Source: an uncultured Candidatus Actinomarina sp. (GTDB lineage: Bacteria > Actinomycetota > Acidimicrobiia > Actinomarinales > Actinomarinaceae). Taken from it: a DNA stretch of 64,000 bases. Below are positions 9,886-20,207 of this stretch, one piece after another. The stretch covers positions 10,473-74,472 of the forward strand of contig CACNFT010000003.1 of NCBI GenBank assembly GCA_902619825.1, written 5' to 3'. The notes beneath the pieces were generated by a model. That model did not search any database. It saw only the letters and a list, made by a program, of their open reading frames with translations, and was not told the DNA's origin. Positions within the stretch are counted from its first letter, which is position 1; each line of letters starts with the position of its first letter. Position numbers and translations under genes: made by a program.

Positions 9886-10791
9886 ATGCAGTGGGTCGGA
9901 ATGTTTCCAGGTCAAGGCTCTCAAGAAATAGGAATGGGTAGTGAGCTGCTTGAAACGTATGACGACCTATTAATAAATACTTTCGAAGAAACTTTAGGAT
10001 GGAGCCTAAAAGATATTATAAATTCAGAAGATCCTGAGATAATTAAAAAAACAAATATTGCTCAACCTTATATATTCTCAGTCTCTTATTGTTACGGAAT
10101 TGAAGCAATTAATAATTTAGGCAATCCTGCTGCGCTTATCGGGCATTCTTTAGGGGAATATACAGCTTTATGTCTATCAGGATATTTAGATTATAAAGAT
10201 GCATTAAAAGTAATAGCAGTAAGAGGCGAGGAGATGCATAAAGCTGTAGAAAATTCCAATACAACTATGGCAGCTGTTTTAACAGGTGATTTGGAAGCAA
10301 CAATTGAAGAAATAGAAAAATTAAATAATCAAGGAATTCAAATATGGATATCAAACTTCAATGATCCTTCACAAATAGTTATTAGTTCATACATTGATGA
10401 CATGAACTACTTAAAGTCTAACCCAAAAGCACTCGGCGCAAAAAGAGTAATTCCACTCGAAGTAGCAGGAGCATTTCATACTGAAATTGTAAGCTCTGCA
10501 AAAAAACCACTTGAGGATACATTAAATTCAATTGATATCTCTGAAGGAAAGATTCCTGTATATATGAACGTTGATGCAAAAAAAGTTGAAGTATCAACTT
10601 TGAAAGAAAGTCTTGTGAATCAGATAGATAATTCAGTTTTGTTTAACCAACAAATTGAGTTTGTTAACAATGATATAGATCCAGATTTATGGTGTCATAT
10701 CGGCCCTGGTAATGTAACTGCTGGAATGGTCCGAAAGTCTATATCATATAAGGATTTAAAGGTAATAAACTCTTTAGAATCATCAAAGTAA
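9886..10791 (+). CDS. fabD: malonyl CoA-ACP transacylase
   Basis: GHSLGEY active-site motif and acyl transferase fold. Confidence 0.9.
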   Translation: MQWVGMFPGQGSQEIGMGSELLETYDDLLINTFEETLGWSLKDIINSEDPEIIKKTNIAQPYIFSVSYCYGIEAINNLGNPAALIGHSLGEYTALCLSGYLDYKDALKVIAVRGEEMHKAVENSNTTMAAVLTGDLEATIEEIEKLNNQGIQIWISNFNDPSQIVISSYIDDMNYLKSNPKALGAKRVIPLEVAGAFHTEIVSSAKKPLEDTLNSIDISEGKIPVYMNVDAKKVEVSTLKESLVNQIDNSVLFNQQIEFVNNDIDPDLWCHIGPGNVTAGMVRKSISYKDLKVINSLESSK

Positions 10792-10800
10792 GGGGAAATT

Positions 10801-11895
10801 TTGAAATCAGCAATAACAGGTTGGGGTAAATGCACGCCCGATAACATTATGACTAACGATGATTTATCAAAATTTGTTGATACTTCTGATGAGTGGATTC
10901 AACAAAGAACAGGTGTAAAAGAACGAAGATTTAGCCATGTAAACACATCAGATATGGCTGAAATTGCTGGTAAACATGCAACAGCCTGTGCAGGTTTAAA
11001 TCCAGAAGATATTGATGTCGTAATCTTGGCTACATGTACTCCAGATAGCATTGTTCCCTCTGCAGCAGCTCATGTTCAAAAAAAACTTGGTGCTGTAAAT
11101 GCTTCTGTTTATGACGTAAATGCTGCTTGTGCAGGTTTTCTATATGCACTTGAGCAAGGAAAAGCATTCGTTGAAAGTAGTCTTTATAAAAGAGCTTTGG
11201 TAATAGGGGCAGAGCATATTACTTGGTTGCTTGATTGGTCTGATAGAAATACCGCAGTGCTTTTTGGTGATGGTGCAGGAGCAGTGGTTATTGAAGAAAG
11301 TAAAAATAAATCAGATGGTGAAATATATTCTTTCTCAAATGGCTTAAGTTCGGACAATTTAGAAATCTTAGAAATTCCTAATTTTGGTTCAGCAATGGAT
11401 AGGTTTAATCCTGACGAAGCAGCCAGAGTGCGTTGGACTTTTGATGGACAGGAAATATTTAAATCTGGTGTTAGAGCAATGGCACAAGCATCAGCAGAAG
11501 CTATTGAAAAATCAGGATTGTCAAAAGAAGACGTAGACATTTTTATTCCACATCAAGCAAATATTAGGATAGTTGAAGCACTTGAGAAAAAACTTGGACT
11601 TCCTAATGCAACTACTATCAAAAAAGTTCATCGATACGGAAATACCTCGGCAGCCTCTATACCAACAGCATTTGTAGATGCTCTTGAAGAGGGTGAGATA
11701 AAAGGTGGAGAAATTGCAGTCTTTACGGCCGTCGGAGCTGGTCTTGCCTGGGGAGCTTGTGCGGTTCGATTAGGAGATCGTGTAACTCCAATAAACAAAT
11801 CAGATGCAAAACTTCCAGATTTTGATGGAACTGCAACCGACACAATTAAAAGAGCAATTGAGTATCAAGTTCCAGATAAATTAGACAAAATATGA
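10801..11895 (+). CDS. fabH: 3-oxoacyl-ACP synthase III
   Basis: Thiolase-like fold with the FabH Cys-His-Asn arrangement (NAACAGF...HQAN...GNTSAAS). Apparent TTG start at 10801, preceded by an AAGGGGA RBS. Confidence 0.85.
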   Translation: MKSAITGWGKCTPDNIMTNDDLSKFVDTSDEWIQQRTGVKERRFSHVNTSDMAEIAGKHATACAGLNPEDIDVVILATCTPDSIVPSAAAHVQKKLGAVNASVYDVNAACAGFLYALEQGKAFVESSLYKRALVIGAEHITWLLDWSDRNTAVLFGDGAGAVVIEESKNKSDGEIYSFSNGLSSDNLEILEIPNFGSAMDRFNPDEAARVRWTFDGQEIFKSGVRAMAQASAEAIEKSGLSKEDVDIFIPHQANIRIVEALEKKLGLPNATTIKKVHRYGNTSAASIPTAFVDALEEGEIKGGEIAVFTAVGAGLAWGACAVRLGDRVTPINKSDAKLPDFDGTATDTIKRAIEYQVPDKLDKI

Positions 11896-12620
11896 AAACA
11901 GTTTTTGTAACAGGTGCTTCAAGAGGTATTGGAAAATCTATAGCTTTGGAGCTTGGAAAAGATTATCAAGTTATTGTAGGATTCGGAAATTCTAAAGATA
12001 AGGCTGAAGAAGTCGTAGAAGAAATAAAAAAATTAGGTGGTGAAAGTCTTGCTGTTCAATTAAATATTGCAGATAGAAATTCAGTTGATGAGGCGTTTAA
12101 CTTAATAGAAAAAACATATAAAAATGTTGATATTTTGGTAAATAATGCAGGAATTACAAAAGACAATATATTACCAAGAATGAAGGATGATGAGTGGAAT
12201 GATGTTATTCAAACAAACCTAACTGGCAATTTCTATACATCTCAAAGAGCCATAAAAAAAATGATTAAAAACAAATGGGGAAGGTTAATTTTTATATCTT
12301 CTGTTGTGGGGATATCTGGTAATCAAGGCCAAGCAAATTATGCTGCGTCCAAGGCAGGTTTGATTGGGTTATCAAAATCAATTAGTAAAGAAGTAGGTAG
12401 CAGAAATATTACGTCAAATGTTGTAGCCCCAGGATATATAGAAACAGACATGACATCATTTATTAATGATGAAAATAAAGAAAATATTATAGAACAACTT
12501 TCAATAAAACGCATGGGTATGCCAGAAGATATTGCAAACATGGTATCTTTTTTATGCAAAGATGAGTCAGAATATATAACAGGGCAAGTAATACCTATAG
12601 ATGGTGGACTTACAACTTAG
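11892..12620 (+). CDS. fabG: 3-oxoacyl-ACP reductase
   Basis: SDR with TGASRGIGKSIA and YAASKAG motifs. Its ATGA overlaps the fabH stop. Confidence 0.9.
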   Translation: MKTVFVTGASRGIGKSIALELGKDYQVIVGFGNSKDKAEEVVEEIKKLGGESLAVQLNIADRNSVDEAFNLIEKTYKNVDILVNNAGITKDNILPRMKDDEWNDVIQTNLTGNFYTSQRAIKKMIKNKWGRLIFISSVVGISGNQGQANYAASKAGLIGLSKSISKEVGSRNITSNVVAPGYIETDMTSFINDENKENIIEQLSIKRMGMPEDIANMVSFLCKDESEYITGQVIPIDGGLTT

Positions 12621-12871
12621 TGGGAGTAAATATGGAAGTAAATGAAGTTTTTGAGAAGGTAAAAACCCTTTTTGAAGAAGAATTAGGTATCGATTCTGAA
12701 AAAATCAATATGGATGCAAAATTAGAAGAGGATCTAGAAATTGACTCACTAGGCATCGTTGAAGTTGTAATGGCATTTGAAGATGAGTTTGAGATTGAAA
12801 TTGACGACGAAGAGCTCACAGATGTTGGGACTGTTGGTCAAGCAGTAAACTTGTTGCACTCAAAACTTTAA
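12620..12871 (+). CDS. acpP: acyl carrier protein
   Basis: DSLGIVEVVMAFEDEF phosphopantetheine-attachment motif. An alternative start at 12632 (MEVNEV) is possible. Confidence 0.85.
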   Translation: MGVNMEVNEVFEKVKTLFEEELGIDSEKINMDAKLEEDLEIDSLGIVEVVMAFEDEFEIEIDDEELTDVGTVGQAVNLLHSKL

Positions 12872-12874
12872 ACC

Positions 12875-14113
12875 ATGACAAAACAACGAGTGGTTGTAAC
12901 AGGTCTTGGAACAATTAATCCACTTGGAAACAATGTAATTGATACGTGGAATAACTTAACTAGTGGAGTTTCTGGAATAGATCACATTACTTTATTTGAT
13001 GCTTCTGATTTACCTGTGACGTTTGCAGGAGAAGTTAAAAACTTTGATGCAAATGAATATATGGGAAAACAAAATGCAAGAAAGCTGGATCGGTCTGGCC
13101 ATTTATCTATTTTTGCTGCAGAAGAGGCAATTCAAGATGCTGGATTTGATTTAAGTAAACCGCTTGGTGAAGATTTTGGTATTGTATTTGGGACTGGCAT
13201 TGGTGGAATAGGAGCAACGGAAGATGCCGTTAGAGTTTACGATGAAAGAGGATCAACAAGAATAAGTCCCCTAGCAATTACACAATTAATGCCCAATTCA
13301 AGTACAGGTCAAGTTGCAATTAAATACGGAATACAAGGTCCTTCGTTAACGATTACAACTGCTTGCGCAGCTTCTGCAAATGCAATTGGAGAAGCTAAGA
13401 GGATGATTGAACAAAATATTGTTGACAAAGTTCTTGTTGGAGGAACAGAATCTGGTACAACTTCAATGACAATCGGAGCTTTTGCACAAATAAAAGCACT
13501 TTCCAAACAGAATGATGAGCCTCAAAAAGCATGTAAACCTTTTGATAAAAATAGAGATGGATTTGTTATGGCAGAAGGATCTACAGTTTTAATACTCGAA
13601 AGTGAAAGTTCAGCAAAAGATAGGGATGCAAAAATTTACGGATATATCTCTGGATATGGATCCTCAACAGATGCTTACCATATAACTGCTCCGTCAGAGG
13701 GTGGAGTTGGTGCTTTAAGAGCAATGGAACAGGCAATCTCAAACGCTGATATTAGCAAGGAAAAGATTGATTATATCAACGCACACGGAACATCAACGCC
13801 AGCTAATGATTTAAATGAAACACTTGCGATTAAATCACTTATGAACGACTACGCATATGAAGTTAATATCTCTTCAACCAAATCAATGACAGGACACTTA
13901 CTTGGAGGAGGTGGAGCTTTTGAGGCAATGGCATCATTATTATCAATGAAGAATAGTCTCATTCCTCCAACAATAAATCTAAATGATTCAGATGAGGATT
14001 GTGATTTAAATTACACAGCTAATCATTCAATAGAAAAAAATATAGACCATTCAATGTCTAATTCATTTGGTTTTGGTGGTCATAATGCTGTTTTAATATT
14101 CAGTAAACAATAA
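12875..14113 (+). CDS. fabF: 3-oxoacyl-ACP synthase II
   Basis: KAS I/II family with Cys (TACAASANAIG), a His-His pair (NAHGTSTP ... GHLLGGGG) and the SNSFGFGGHNA C-terminus. Confidence 0.9.
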   Translation: MTKQRVVVTGLGTINPLGNNVIDTWNNLTSGVSGIDHITLFDASDLPVTFAGEVKNFDANEYMGKQNARKLDRSGHLSIFAAEEAIQDAGFDLSKPLGEDFGIVFGTGIGGIGATEDAVRVYDERGSTRISPLAITQLMPNSSTGQVAIKYGIQGPSLTITTACAASANAIGEAKRMIEQNIVDKVLVGGTESGTTSMTIGAFAQIKALSKQNDEPQKACKPFDKNRDGFVMAEGSTVLILESESSAKDRDAKIYGYISGYGSSTDAYHITAPSEGGVGALRAMEQAISNADISKEKIDYINAHGTSTPANDLNETLAIKSLMNDYAYEVNISSTKSMTGHLLGGGGAFEAMASLLSMKNSLIPPTINLNDSDEDCDLNYTANHSIEKNIDHSMSNSFGFGGHNAVLIFSKQ

Positions 14114-14116
14114 AAA

Positions 14117-14896
14117 TTAATCAGGCAACATAGAGCCACCAATAGCATGAGCTCCACCATCAACATGGATTATCTCACCAGTAATGGCTTCGGAGTAATC
14201 TGATAATAAAAAATTGATGACTTTAGCTACTGGTTCAGCATTTTTTGTATCCCACCCTAGAGGTGCTCTTTCATTCCATTCATCATTCATTGCTGAAAAT
14301 CCAGGAATATTTTTTGCTGCGGTTGTGGAAAGAGGGCCAGAGGCAACTGCATTTACCCTAACCTTATTTTTACCAACATAAAATGCAAGATATCTAACAA
14401 TCGATTGTAACGATGACTTTGCAACACCCTGCCAGTCATAACCCGGCCATGCCTGGGAGTTGTCAAAATCGACTGCTACTATCGATGCCCCTTCTTTCAA
14501 TATTGGTAAAAATTCATTGGTTAAAGTTTTTAGTGAAAAAGCTGAAACTTCAAATGATTTAATTGCATCTTCAACATTTGTATTTAAAAAATTCCCACCC
14601 ATTGCCTCAGTTGGAGAAAATGCAATTGCATGAAGAGCACCATCTATGCTTTCATGTTTATCTTTAATTTGATTTACTACTTCTTGTACTTGAACAGTAT
14701 TTTCAATATCCATCTCTAATACATCAATTTCAGCATCAAGTCTTTTTACAGCACGTTTTGTTATGCGAAGTCCGTCTCCAAAACCTGTGGCAATAATTTT
14801 TGCACCATTATCAATTGCAATTTTTGCAGCAGCAAAAGCTATGCTCTTATCAGTCAATATGCCAGTAATTACAAAGGTTTTATCTTTTAAAATCAT
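14117..14896 (-). CDS. fabI: enoyl-ACP reductase (NADH), FabI
   Basis: FabI-type SDR (FVITGILTDKSIAFAAAK ... Y-x6-K). Convergent with fabF. Confidence 0.85.
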   Translation of the reverse strand: MILKDKTFVITGILTDKSIAFAAAKIAIDNGAKIIATGFGDGLRITKRAVKRLDAEIDVLEMDIENTVQVQEVVNQIKDKHESIDGALHAIAFSPTEAMGGNFLNTNVEDAIKSFEVSAFSLKTLTNEFLPILKEGASIVAVDFDNSQAWPGYDWQGVAKSSLQSIVRYLAFYVGKNKVRVNAVASGPLSTTAAKNIPGFSAMNDEWNERAPLGWDTKNAEPVAKVINFLLSDYSEAITGEIIHVDGGAHAIGGSMLPD

Positions 14897-14938
14897 AAGT
14901 TAATGTTAATGATTGCTAAATTACTTGAAATAACTTTT

Positions 14939-15352
14939 TTAATCTTCGACGTTTGGGGTGTAACTCTCACTGCCAGACGATGGTCTTAATTGTCTTCCTG
15001 TGTACAGAGCGAGCGCAATTTCTGTAACACCAAAAATTAAAAATCCATTAAAGTTTGTAAACACAGCAAATCCTATCAAAAGTAACCCTCCAACATAACG
15101 AACGCTATTAATTTGTTTTGCATTTTCCTCTTCCCCACCTAGCAAAAAAATTAAAAGCGCTGCAAATATAACTCCAACACCATTGGCTCGGACAATAGTT
15201 GCCTCAGTAGATGATAAAACTGCATCAGGATTCAAAAGAAACAATTTATAAATTTGCTCCGGAATAACAAATCCAACAATAGATAGTATCAAATAAAGAG
15301 TTGGATCAACTCTATTTATAATTTTATAACTCATAAATGCAATTATATCCAA
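14939..15352 (-). CDS. hypothetical membrane protein
   Basis: 137 aa with 4 predicted TM helices and no recognisable motif. Confidence 0.4.
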   Translation of the reverse strand: MDIIAFMSYKIINRVDPTLYLILSIVGFVIPEQIYKLFLLNPDAVLSSTEATIVRANGVGVIFAALLIFLLGGEEENAKQINSVRYVGGLLLIGFAVFTNFNGFLIFGVTEIALALYTGRQLRPSSGSESYTPNVED

Positions 15353-15380
15353 AGATAATCATCTTTGTAATCAATTAAGT

Positions 15381-18026
15381 TTAAGATATTTCTGCTTGTG
15401 CAGCAGCTAATCTTGCAGTTGGAATTCTAAAAGGTGAACAAGAAATATAATCAATATCCAATGTATTGAGAAATTTGATTGATTTTGGATCTCCCGCATG
15501 TTCACCACAAACACCTATTTTGATATCTTTATTTACTTTTTTTCCAGCTACTATAGATGAAGCGACTAAATTTCCCACAGTATTTTCATCAATTGTAATA
15601 AAAGGATCAACGTCAAAAATATTTTTTTCTACATATTCGTTTAAAAATTTAGATGCGTCATCCCTTGATAAACCAAGAGTTGTTTGAGTTAAATCATTTG
15701 TTCCATATGAAAAAAAATCTGCGTGTTCTCCAATTTCTGATGAATTCAGGGCAGCACTTGGTAACTCAATCATAGTTCCTATGAAATATTCAAAATTGAA
15801 GTCTGATTCTTTCTTCAAGCTTTCAATTTTTTTGGTTATAATTTTTTTCATTTTTGTAAATTCACTTGCATTCATTATTAAAGGAATCATTATTTCAGGT
15901 TTGATTGTGATCTTTTCTTTTTGATGAATTTCATAACTAGCTTTAAAAATTGCCTCAACTTGCATCTTATAGATTTCTGGATAGCTTAAACCTAAACGTA
16001 CACCTCGATGACCCAACATTGGGTTACTTTCACTAATCCTCGATAAAACTTCTGAAACATATGCTGGTGAAACTCTCAAAGAATTAGCTAACTCAGAAAT
16101 TTCAATATCACTTTTTGGTAAAAATTCATGCATTGGTGGATCAAGTAGCCGAACAGTTATAGGTTTATCTTTTAAAAGCTTAAATATTTCAACAAAATCA
16201 TTTATTTGAAAATCAATAATTTTATTTAATGCTCTCTTTCTACCTTGCTTATTGTTTGCCATAATCATCTCTCTCATAGGAAGTATTCTTTCACCCTCAA
16301 AAAACATATGTTCTGTTCTGCATAAACCAATTCCATCAGCACCAAACTCTAAAGACTTGGTTGTGTCATTTACTGTTTCTGCATTTGCTCTAATTGAAAG
16401 TTTTTTAAAATCATCACACCATGCCATCAAAATATTGAATTCGTCCGTTAATTTAGGAGACTCTAACTCAACTTCCCCAAGAAAAATCTCACCAGTAGAT
16501 CCGTCTAATGAAATTAAATCACCTTCTTCGATAGTTATTTGATCATTTGATATTTTTCTTTCATCTTTGTCAATTTTCAGATTTTCTGCTCCAACTATGC
16601 ATGGTTTGCCCATTCCTCTCGCAACAACGGCTGCATGGCTTGTCATACCACCTTTTGTTGTCAATATTCCTACTGATGCAAACATTCCACTTATATCCTC
16701 TGGACTTGTTTCATCTCTAACTAAAATGACTTTTTTTCCCCTTGCAGCTTCAATCTCCGCTTTTTCTGGATCAAAAACTATTTCACCTACAGCAGCTCCG
16801 GGTGAGGCATTTAAACCTTTTTCAAACAATTTTTTACTAGCTGAGTCTACAAACTGGGGGTGGAGAACTGAGGTAATCTGATCTGCATCAATCATATTGA
16901 TTGCTTCTTGTTTACTTAGTATTTTTTCATTATGCATATCAACTGCAATTTTTACACTTGCTTGGGCTGTTCTTTTTGCATTTCTAGTTTGAAGAATAAA
17001 TAATTCTCCATCTTCAATTGTAAACTCAATATCTTGTGCATCTTTATAGTGAGTTTCTAATTTATCTCCAATAGATTTTATTTCATTAAATAGAGCTGGG
17101 TTTTCTTCTTCAAGGGAGGGTTGAGTGTTCTTTTCATGTTTTCCTATAGGATAAGGTGTTCTTATTCCTGCAACAACATCTTCTCCTTGAGCATTCATTA
17201 AATACTCTCCGTACAATTTGTTTTTTCCTGTAGACGGAAACCTCGTAAAAGCAACACCCGTTCCTGAGGATTCATTTAAATTTCCAAAAACCATAGATTG
17301 AATAGTTGTTCCAGTACCCCAATTGTTGGGTATATTATTAATTTTTCGATAAGCAACAGCTCGTTTGTTTAGCCAGCTTTTAAATACCGCCTCAATTGCC
17401 CCTTTGAGTTGAGTGACAGGGTCTTGTGGAAAAGGATTTCCAGCAAATCTTTCAACAGTGGTTTTAAAAGCATCAATAATCCAACTCAATTGTTCGGAAT
17501 CAAAATCATTATCTTTTTCAACTCCATCGATCCTTTTTTTATTATCAATAATGGCTTCAAACCTATCCATATCAATTTCTAGAACAACATTTGCATACAT
17601 TTGAATTAAGCGACGATATGAATCAAGCGCAAATCTTTCATCATTAAAATTAGATGCCAAAGCATCTACATTTTTGTCATTAATTCCAATATTTAAAATA
17701 GAATCCATCATTCCTGGCATTGATACTTTTCCTCCCGATCTAACAGATAATAAGAGAGGCGTTTTATCATCATTAAATTTCTTTTTTGTTATTTTTTCTA
17801 AGTTAGCTAATGCTTTTTTTAATTCACTATCAAATTTATCTGGAAAAGACTTGTTCTCTATAAAATAATTACAAACCTCTGTTGTTACTGTAAACCCAGG
17901 CGGGACATTAATTCCTAGGGTTGACATCTCTGCTAAATTTGCTCCTTTACCTCCAAGTAAATCCAGCATGGATTTGTCACCTTCAGTTTTGGTGGAGGAA
18001 AATTGGTAAATGAGTTTTTTATTCAT
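15381..18026 (-). CDS. ppdK: pyruvate, phosphate dikinase
   Basis: 881 aa. PPDK N-terminal ATP-grasp (GGKGANLAEM), central phospho-His domain (GGMTSHAAVVARGMGKPCIVG) and C-terminal PEP-utilising TIM barrel. Confidence 0.92.
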   Translation of the reverse strand: MNKKLIYQFSSTKTEGDKSMLDLLGGKGANLAEMSTLGINVPPGFTVTTEVCNYFIENKSFPDKFDSELKKALANLEKITKKKFNDDKTPLLLSVRSGGKVSMPGMMDSILNIGINDKNVDALASNFNDERFALDSYRRLIQMYANVVLEIDMDRFEAIIDNKKRIDGVEKDNDFDSEQLSWIIDAFKTTVERFAGNPFPQDPVTQLKGAIEAVFKSWLNKRAVAYRKINNIPNNWGTGTTIQSMVFGNLNESSGTGVAFTRFPSTGKNKLYGEYLMNAQGEDVVAGIRTPYPIGKHEKNTQPSLEEENPALFNEIKSIGDKLETHYKDAQDIEFTIEDGELFILQTRNAKRTAQASVKIAVDMHNEKILSKQEAINMIDADQITSVLHPQFVDSASKKLFEKGLNASPGAAVGEIVFDPEKAEIEAARGKKVILVRDETSPEDISGMFASVGILTTKGGMTSHAAVVARGMGKPCIVGAENLKIDKDERKISNDQITIEEGDLISLDGSTGEIFLGEVELESPKLTDEFNILMAWCDDFKKLSIRANAETVNDTTKSLEFGADGIGLCRTEHMFFEGERILPMREMIMANNKQGRKRALNKIIDFQINDFVEIFKLLKDKPITVRLLDPPMHEFLPKSDIEISELANSLRVSPAYVSEVLSRISESNPMLGHRGVRLGLSYPEIYKMQVEAIFKASYEIHQKEKITIKPEIMIPLIMNASEFTKMKKIITKKIESLKKESDFNFEYFIGTMIELPSAALNSSEIGEHADFFSYGTNDLTQTTLGLSRDDASKFLNEYVEKNIFDVDPFITIDENTVGNLVASSIVAGKKVNKDIKIGVCGEHAGDPKSIKFLNTLDIDYISCSPFRIPTARLAAAQAEIS

Positions 18027-18053
18027 GAGGTTTGATATTCTTATCTTAATATA

Positions 18054-19097
18054 GTGATGAAAAATATATTAATCGTCGGTACAGGAACAATTGGTGAGCC
18101 GCTAATTGGTCTTCTTGCGCAACATAAGAAAGAACTAGGAATCGATAATGTCTCATTTTTCAAAAGAACTCCACTATCAGATGAAAAAGGGAAAGTAGAA
18201 GCTTTAATTAGAAAAGGTGCAAAACTTGTTGCCACTTCGGAAGCAAAAAATGATTTTGTATCAATGGGCTTCAGTGTTGAACAATTAGAGAAGAGTTATG
18301 AAGAAAACCAAGTAATTATTGACTGTACTCCATCTGGCAATAAAAACTGGGATGAAATTTATTCAAATTTAGACAAAGATAAACGATATTTGGCACAGGG
18401 ATCGGAACATGGATTTGGTCCTTTCTTTGCATGGGGCATAAATAATGATTCTTTGAATCAAGAACAGAATAAATATCTAATAGCATCTTGTAATACTCAC
18501 AATATTGCATCAATAGTAAAAACATTTTCCTTAGATAAGGAGAGAAATCTTAGCGAAGGACGTTTTGTCTGTTTAAGAAGAGCTAATGATGTTTCCCAAA
18601 ATGATTCATTTTCACCTTCTCCAACAATTACAAAACATGACAATCAGGAATTTGGAACTCATCATGCAAGAGATGTTTTTGAATTATTTCAACAAGAAGG
18701 AAAAGATTTAAATCTATTTTCTTCAGCAATCAAGTTACCAACTCAATACATGCACACTTTATGGTTTAATTTATCATTTGAAGAAAATATTGATCTAGAA
18801 AATATTTCAGATGACTTAAAAAATAGTGAATTTTTAATGTCCACTGAAAAACTTTCCTCAAATAAAGTTTTTTCATTTGGTAGAGATCATGGTTATCATG
18901 GAAGACTTTTATCACATGGAATTATTGCAAAGGAATCTCTACATGTAAAAAATAACAATTTAACAGGGTATTGTTTTACTCCCCAAGATGGAAACGCATT
19001 ATTATCCTCTGTTGCAGCATCAGTAAATTATTTTTATAAGGATAGCTGGATAGATAAAATGAGTGTATTCGATAAATACATATTCAAAAACATTTAA
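18054..19097 (+). CDS. type II (archaeal-type) glyceraldehyde-3-phosphate dehydrogenase-like NAD(P) oxidoreductase
   Basis: Rossmann start IVGTGTIGEPL, CTPSGN and a catalytic-Cys motif ASCNTHNIA (compare archaeal VSCNTTGL). Downstream RRANDV and THHARDV segments align with the archaeal GAPDH layout. Confidence 0.5.
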   Translation: MMKNILIVGTGTIGEPLIGLLAQHKKELGIDNVSFFKRTPLSDEKGKVEALIRKGAKLVATSEAKNDFVSMGFSVEQLEKSYEENQVIIDCTPSGNKNWDEIYSNLDKDKRYLAQGSEHGFGPFFAWGINNDSLNQEQNKYLIASCNTHNIASIVKTFSLDKERNLSEGRFVCLRRANDVSQNDSFSPSPTITKHDNQEFGTHHARDVFELFQQEGKDLNLFSSAIKLPTQYMHTLWFNLSFEENIDLENISDDLKNSEFLMSTEKLSSNKVFSFGRDHGYHGRLLSHGIIAKESLHVKNNNLTGYCFTPQDGNALLSSVAASVNYFYKDSWIDKMSVFDKYIFKNI

Positions 19098-19102
19098 TTT
19101 TC

Positions 19103-19618
19103 ATGGAAGAAACCCTCACACTAATAACTATTATCACAGTTGTATTAGCGCCAATTATATGGTTGATTGTTACGTTAAATAAAAAAATAAATAAAGCATT
19201 GGAAAAAGCATCAGAAGTTTTGAATTTCCAGATTGATATTCCAGGAAATATCTTTAGAAAGAAAAAAATATTTGGAGAGATAGACGGATATAGATGTGAA
19301 ATAGAAGTTTTTACAAGAAGTCATGGTCGTTCCTCAACAACGTATGTTTCTTTCTATGCATTTTTTCCTCAAAGCTTAGATATGGGTATCAAAATAAATT
19401 GGAAAGGTGAAATTGACGGTGATGACGAGCATCTCACAGAATTATTTATAGAAAGAAATGATTCAAAAATTGAAGAGGCACAAAAAACTCTAAGAAGATT
19501 GAGAGTTTCTGATACTGTTGTAAATTCCAGGAAAATATTATTTATAAAATATTACAAACCAGAAGAAATTGTAAATACTATGCATGAAGTACTAAATCTT
19601 GCTAAATCTTTAAAGTAA
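19103..19618 (+). CDS. hypothetical protein with an N-terminal TM anchor
   Basis: 171 aa with one N-terminal TM and no recognisable motif. Confidence 0.4.
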   Translation: MEETLTLITIITVVLAPIIWLIVTLNKKINKALEKASEVLNFQIDIPGNIFRKKKIFGEIDGYRCEIEVFTRSHGRSSTTYVSFYAFFPQSLDMGIKINWKGEIDGDDEHLTELFIERNDSKIEEAQKTLRRLRVSDTVVNSRKILFIKYYKPEEIVNTMHEVLNLAKSLK

Positions 19619-19619
19619 A

Positions 19620-20186
19620 TTATTTTATCTTGAAGATTTCTTCTGTTTTTTTATAAACTTTATTTTCAATCGTTTCTAAATTAGATAAAATTTCAGAATC
19701 TATTTTTTCTTTCTCTTTCCATATTGGAACCATAGCGTCCCATACCCCCTCGCCTTTCAATCGTGAATAAATGGAAGCAACTATATGTATGCCGATCAAT
19801 GCATAACTAAGGAATGCTGAAAATTCATGAATTGCAACCGCAAAGTTAATGCCAGGAAGACTGTATGCAAATAAAGCAGCAATAATCAAACCTGTAGTTG
19901 GCAATAAAATTAAAGTTAAATAAACAAGCCTATGGATTGTTTTAGCAATGAATAAATGTCCTTTTGGTATTTCAACTTTGGCACCTAACAAAGTATCAAC
20001 ATCTTTCATATAGAAATATCTAATAAAAACAATCCCCAAAAATATTCCAGCAAAGACAATTTCAACCATGAGTATTGACGGATTATTCAATTGATCTAAT
20101 TCTTCTACTTGTTTAAATATTCCATAGGCATATAACAAAGAAAATGTCCAGTGTATAAACTTAGATGTTTTGGTATGGGTTTTCAC
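19620..20186 (-). CDS. cytochrome b561 family protein
   Basis: 188 aa and 4 TM. His residues positioned as in bacterial cyt b561/CybB (FIHWTFSLLYAYG; IHRLVY; AIHEFSAF...GIHIV). Confidence 0.55.
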   Translation of the reverse strand: MKTHTKTSKFIHWTFSLLYAYGIFKQVEELDQLNNPSILMVEIVFAGIFLGIVFIRYFYMKDVDTLLGAKVEIPKGHLFIAKTIHRLVYLTLILLPTTGLIIAALFAYSLPGINFAVAIHEFSAFLSYALIGIHIVASIYSRLKGEGVWDAMVPIWKEKEKIDSEILSNLETIENKVYKKTEEIFKIK

Positions 20187-20207
20187 AATCTCATTTATTG
20201 TAATTTA

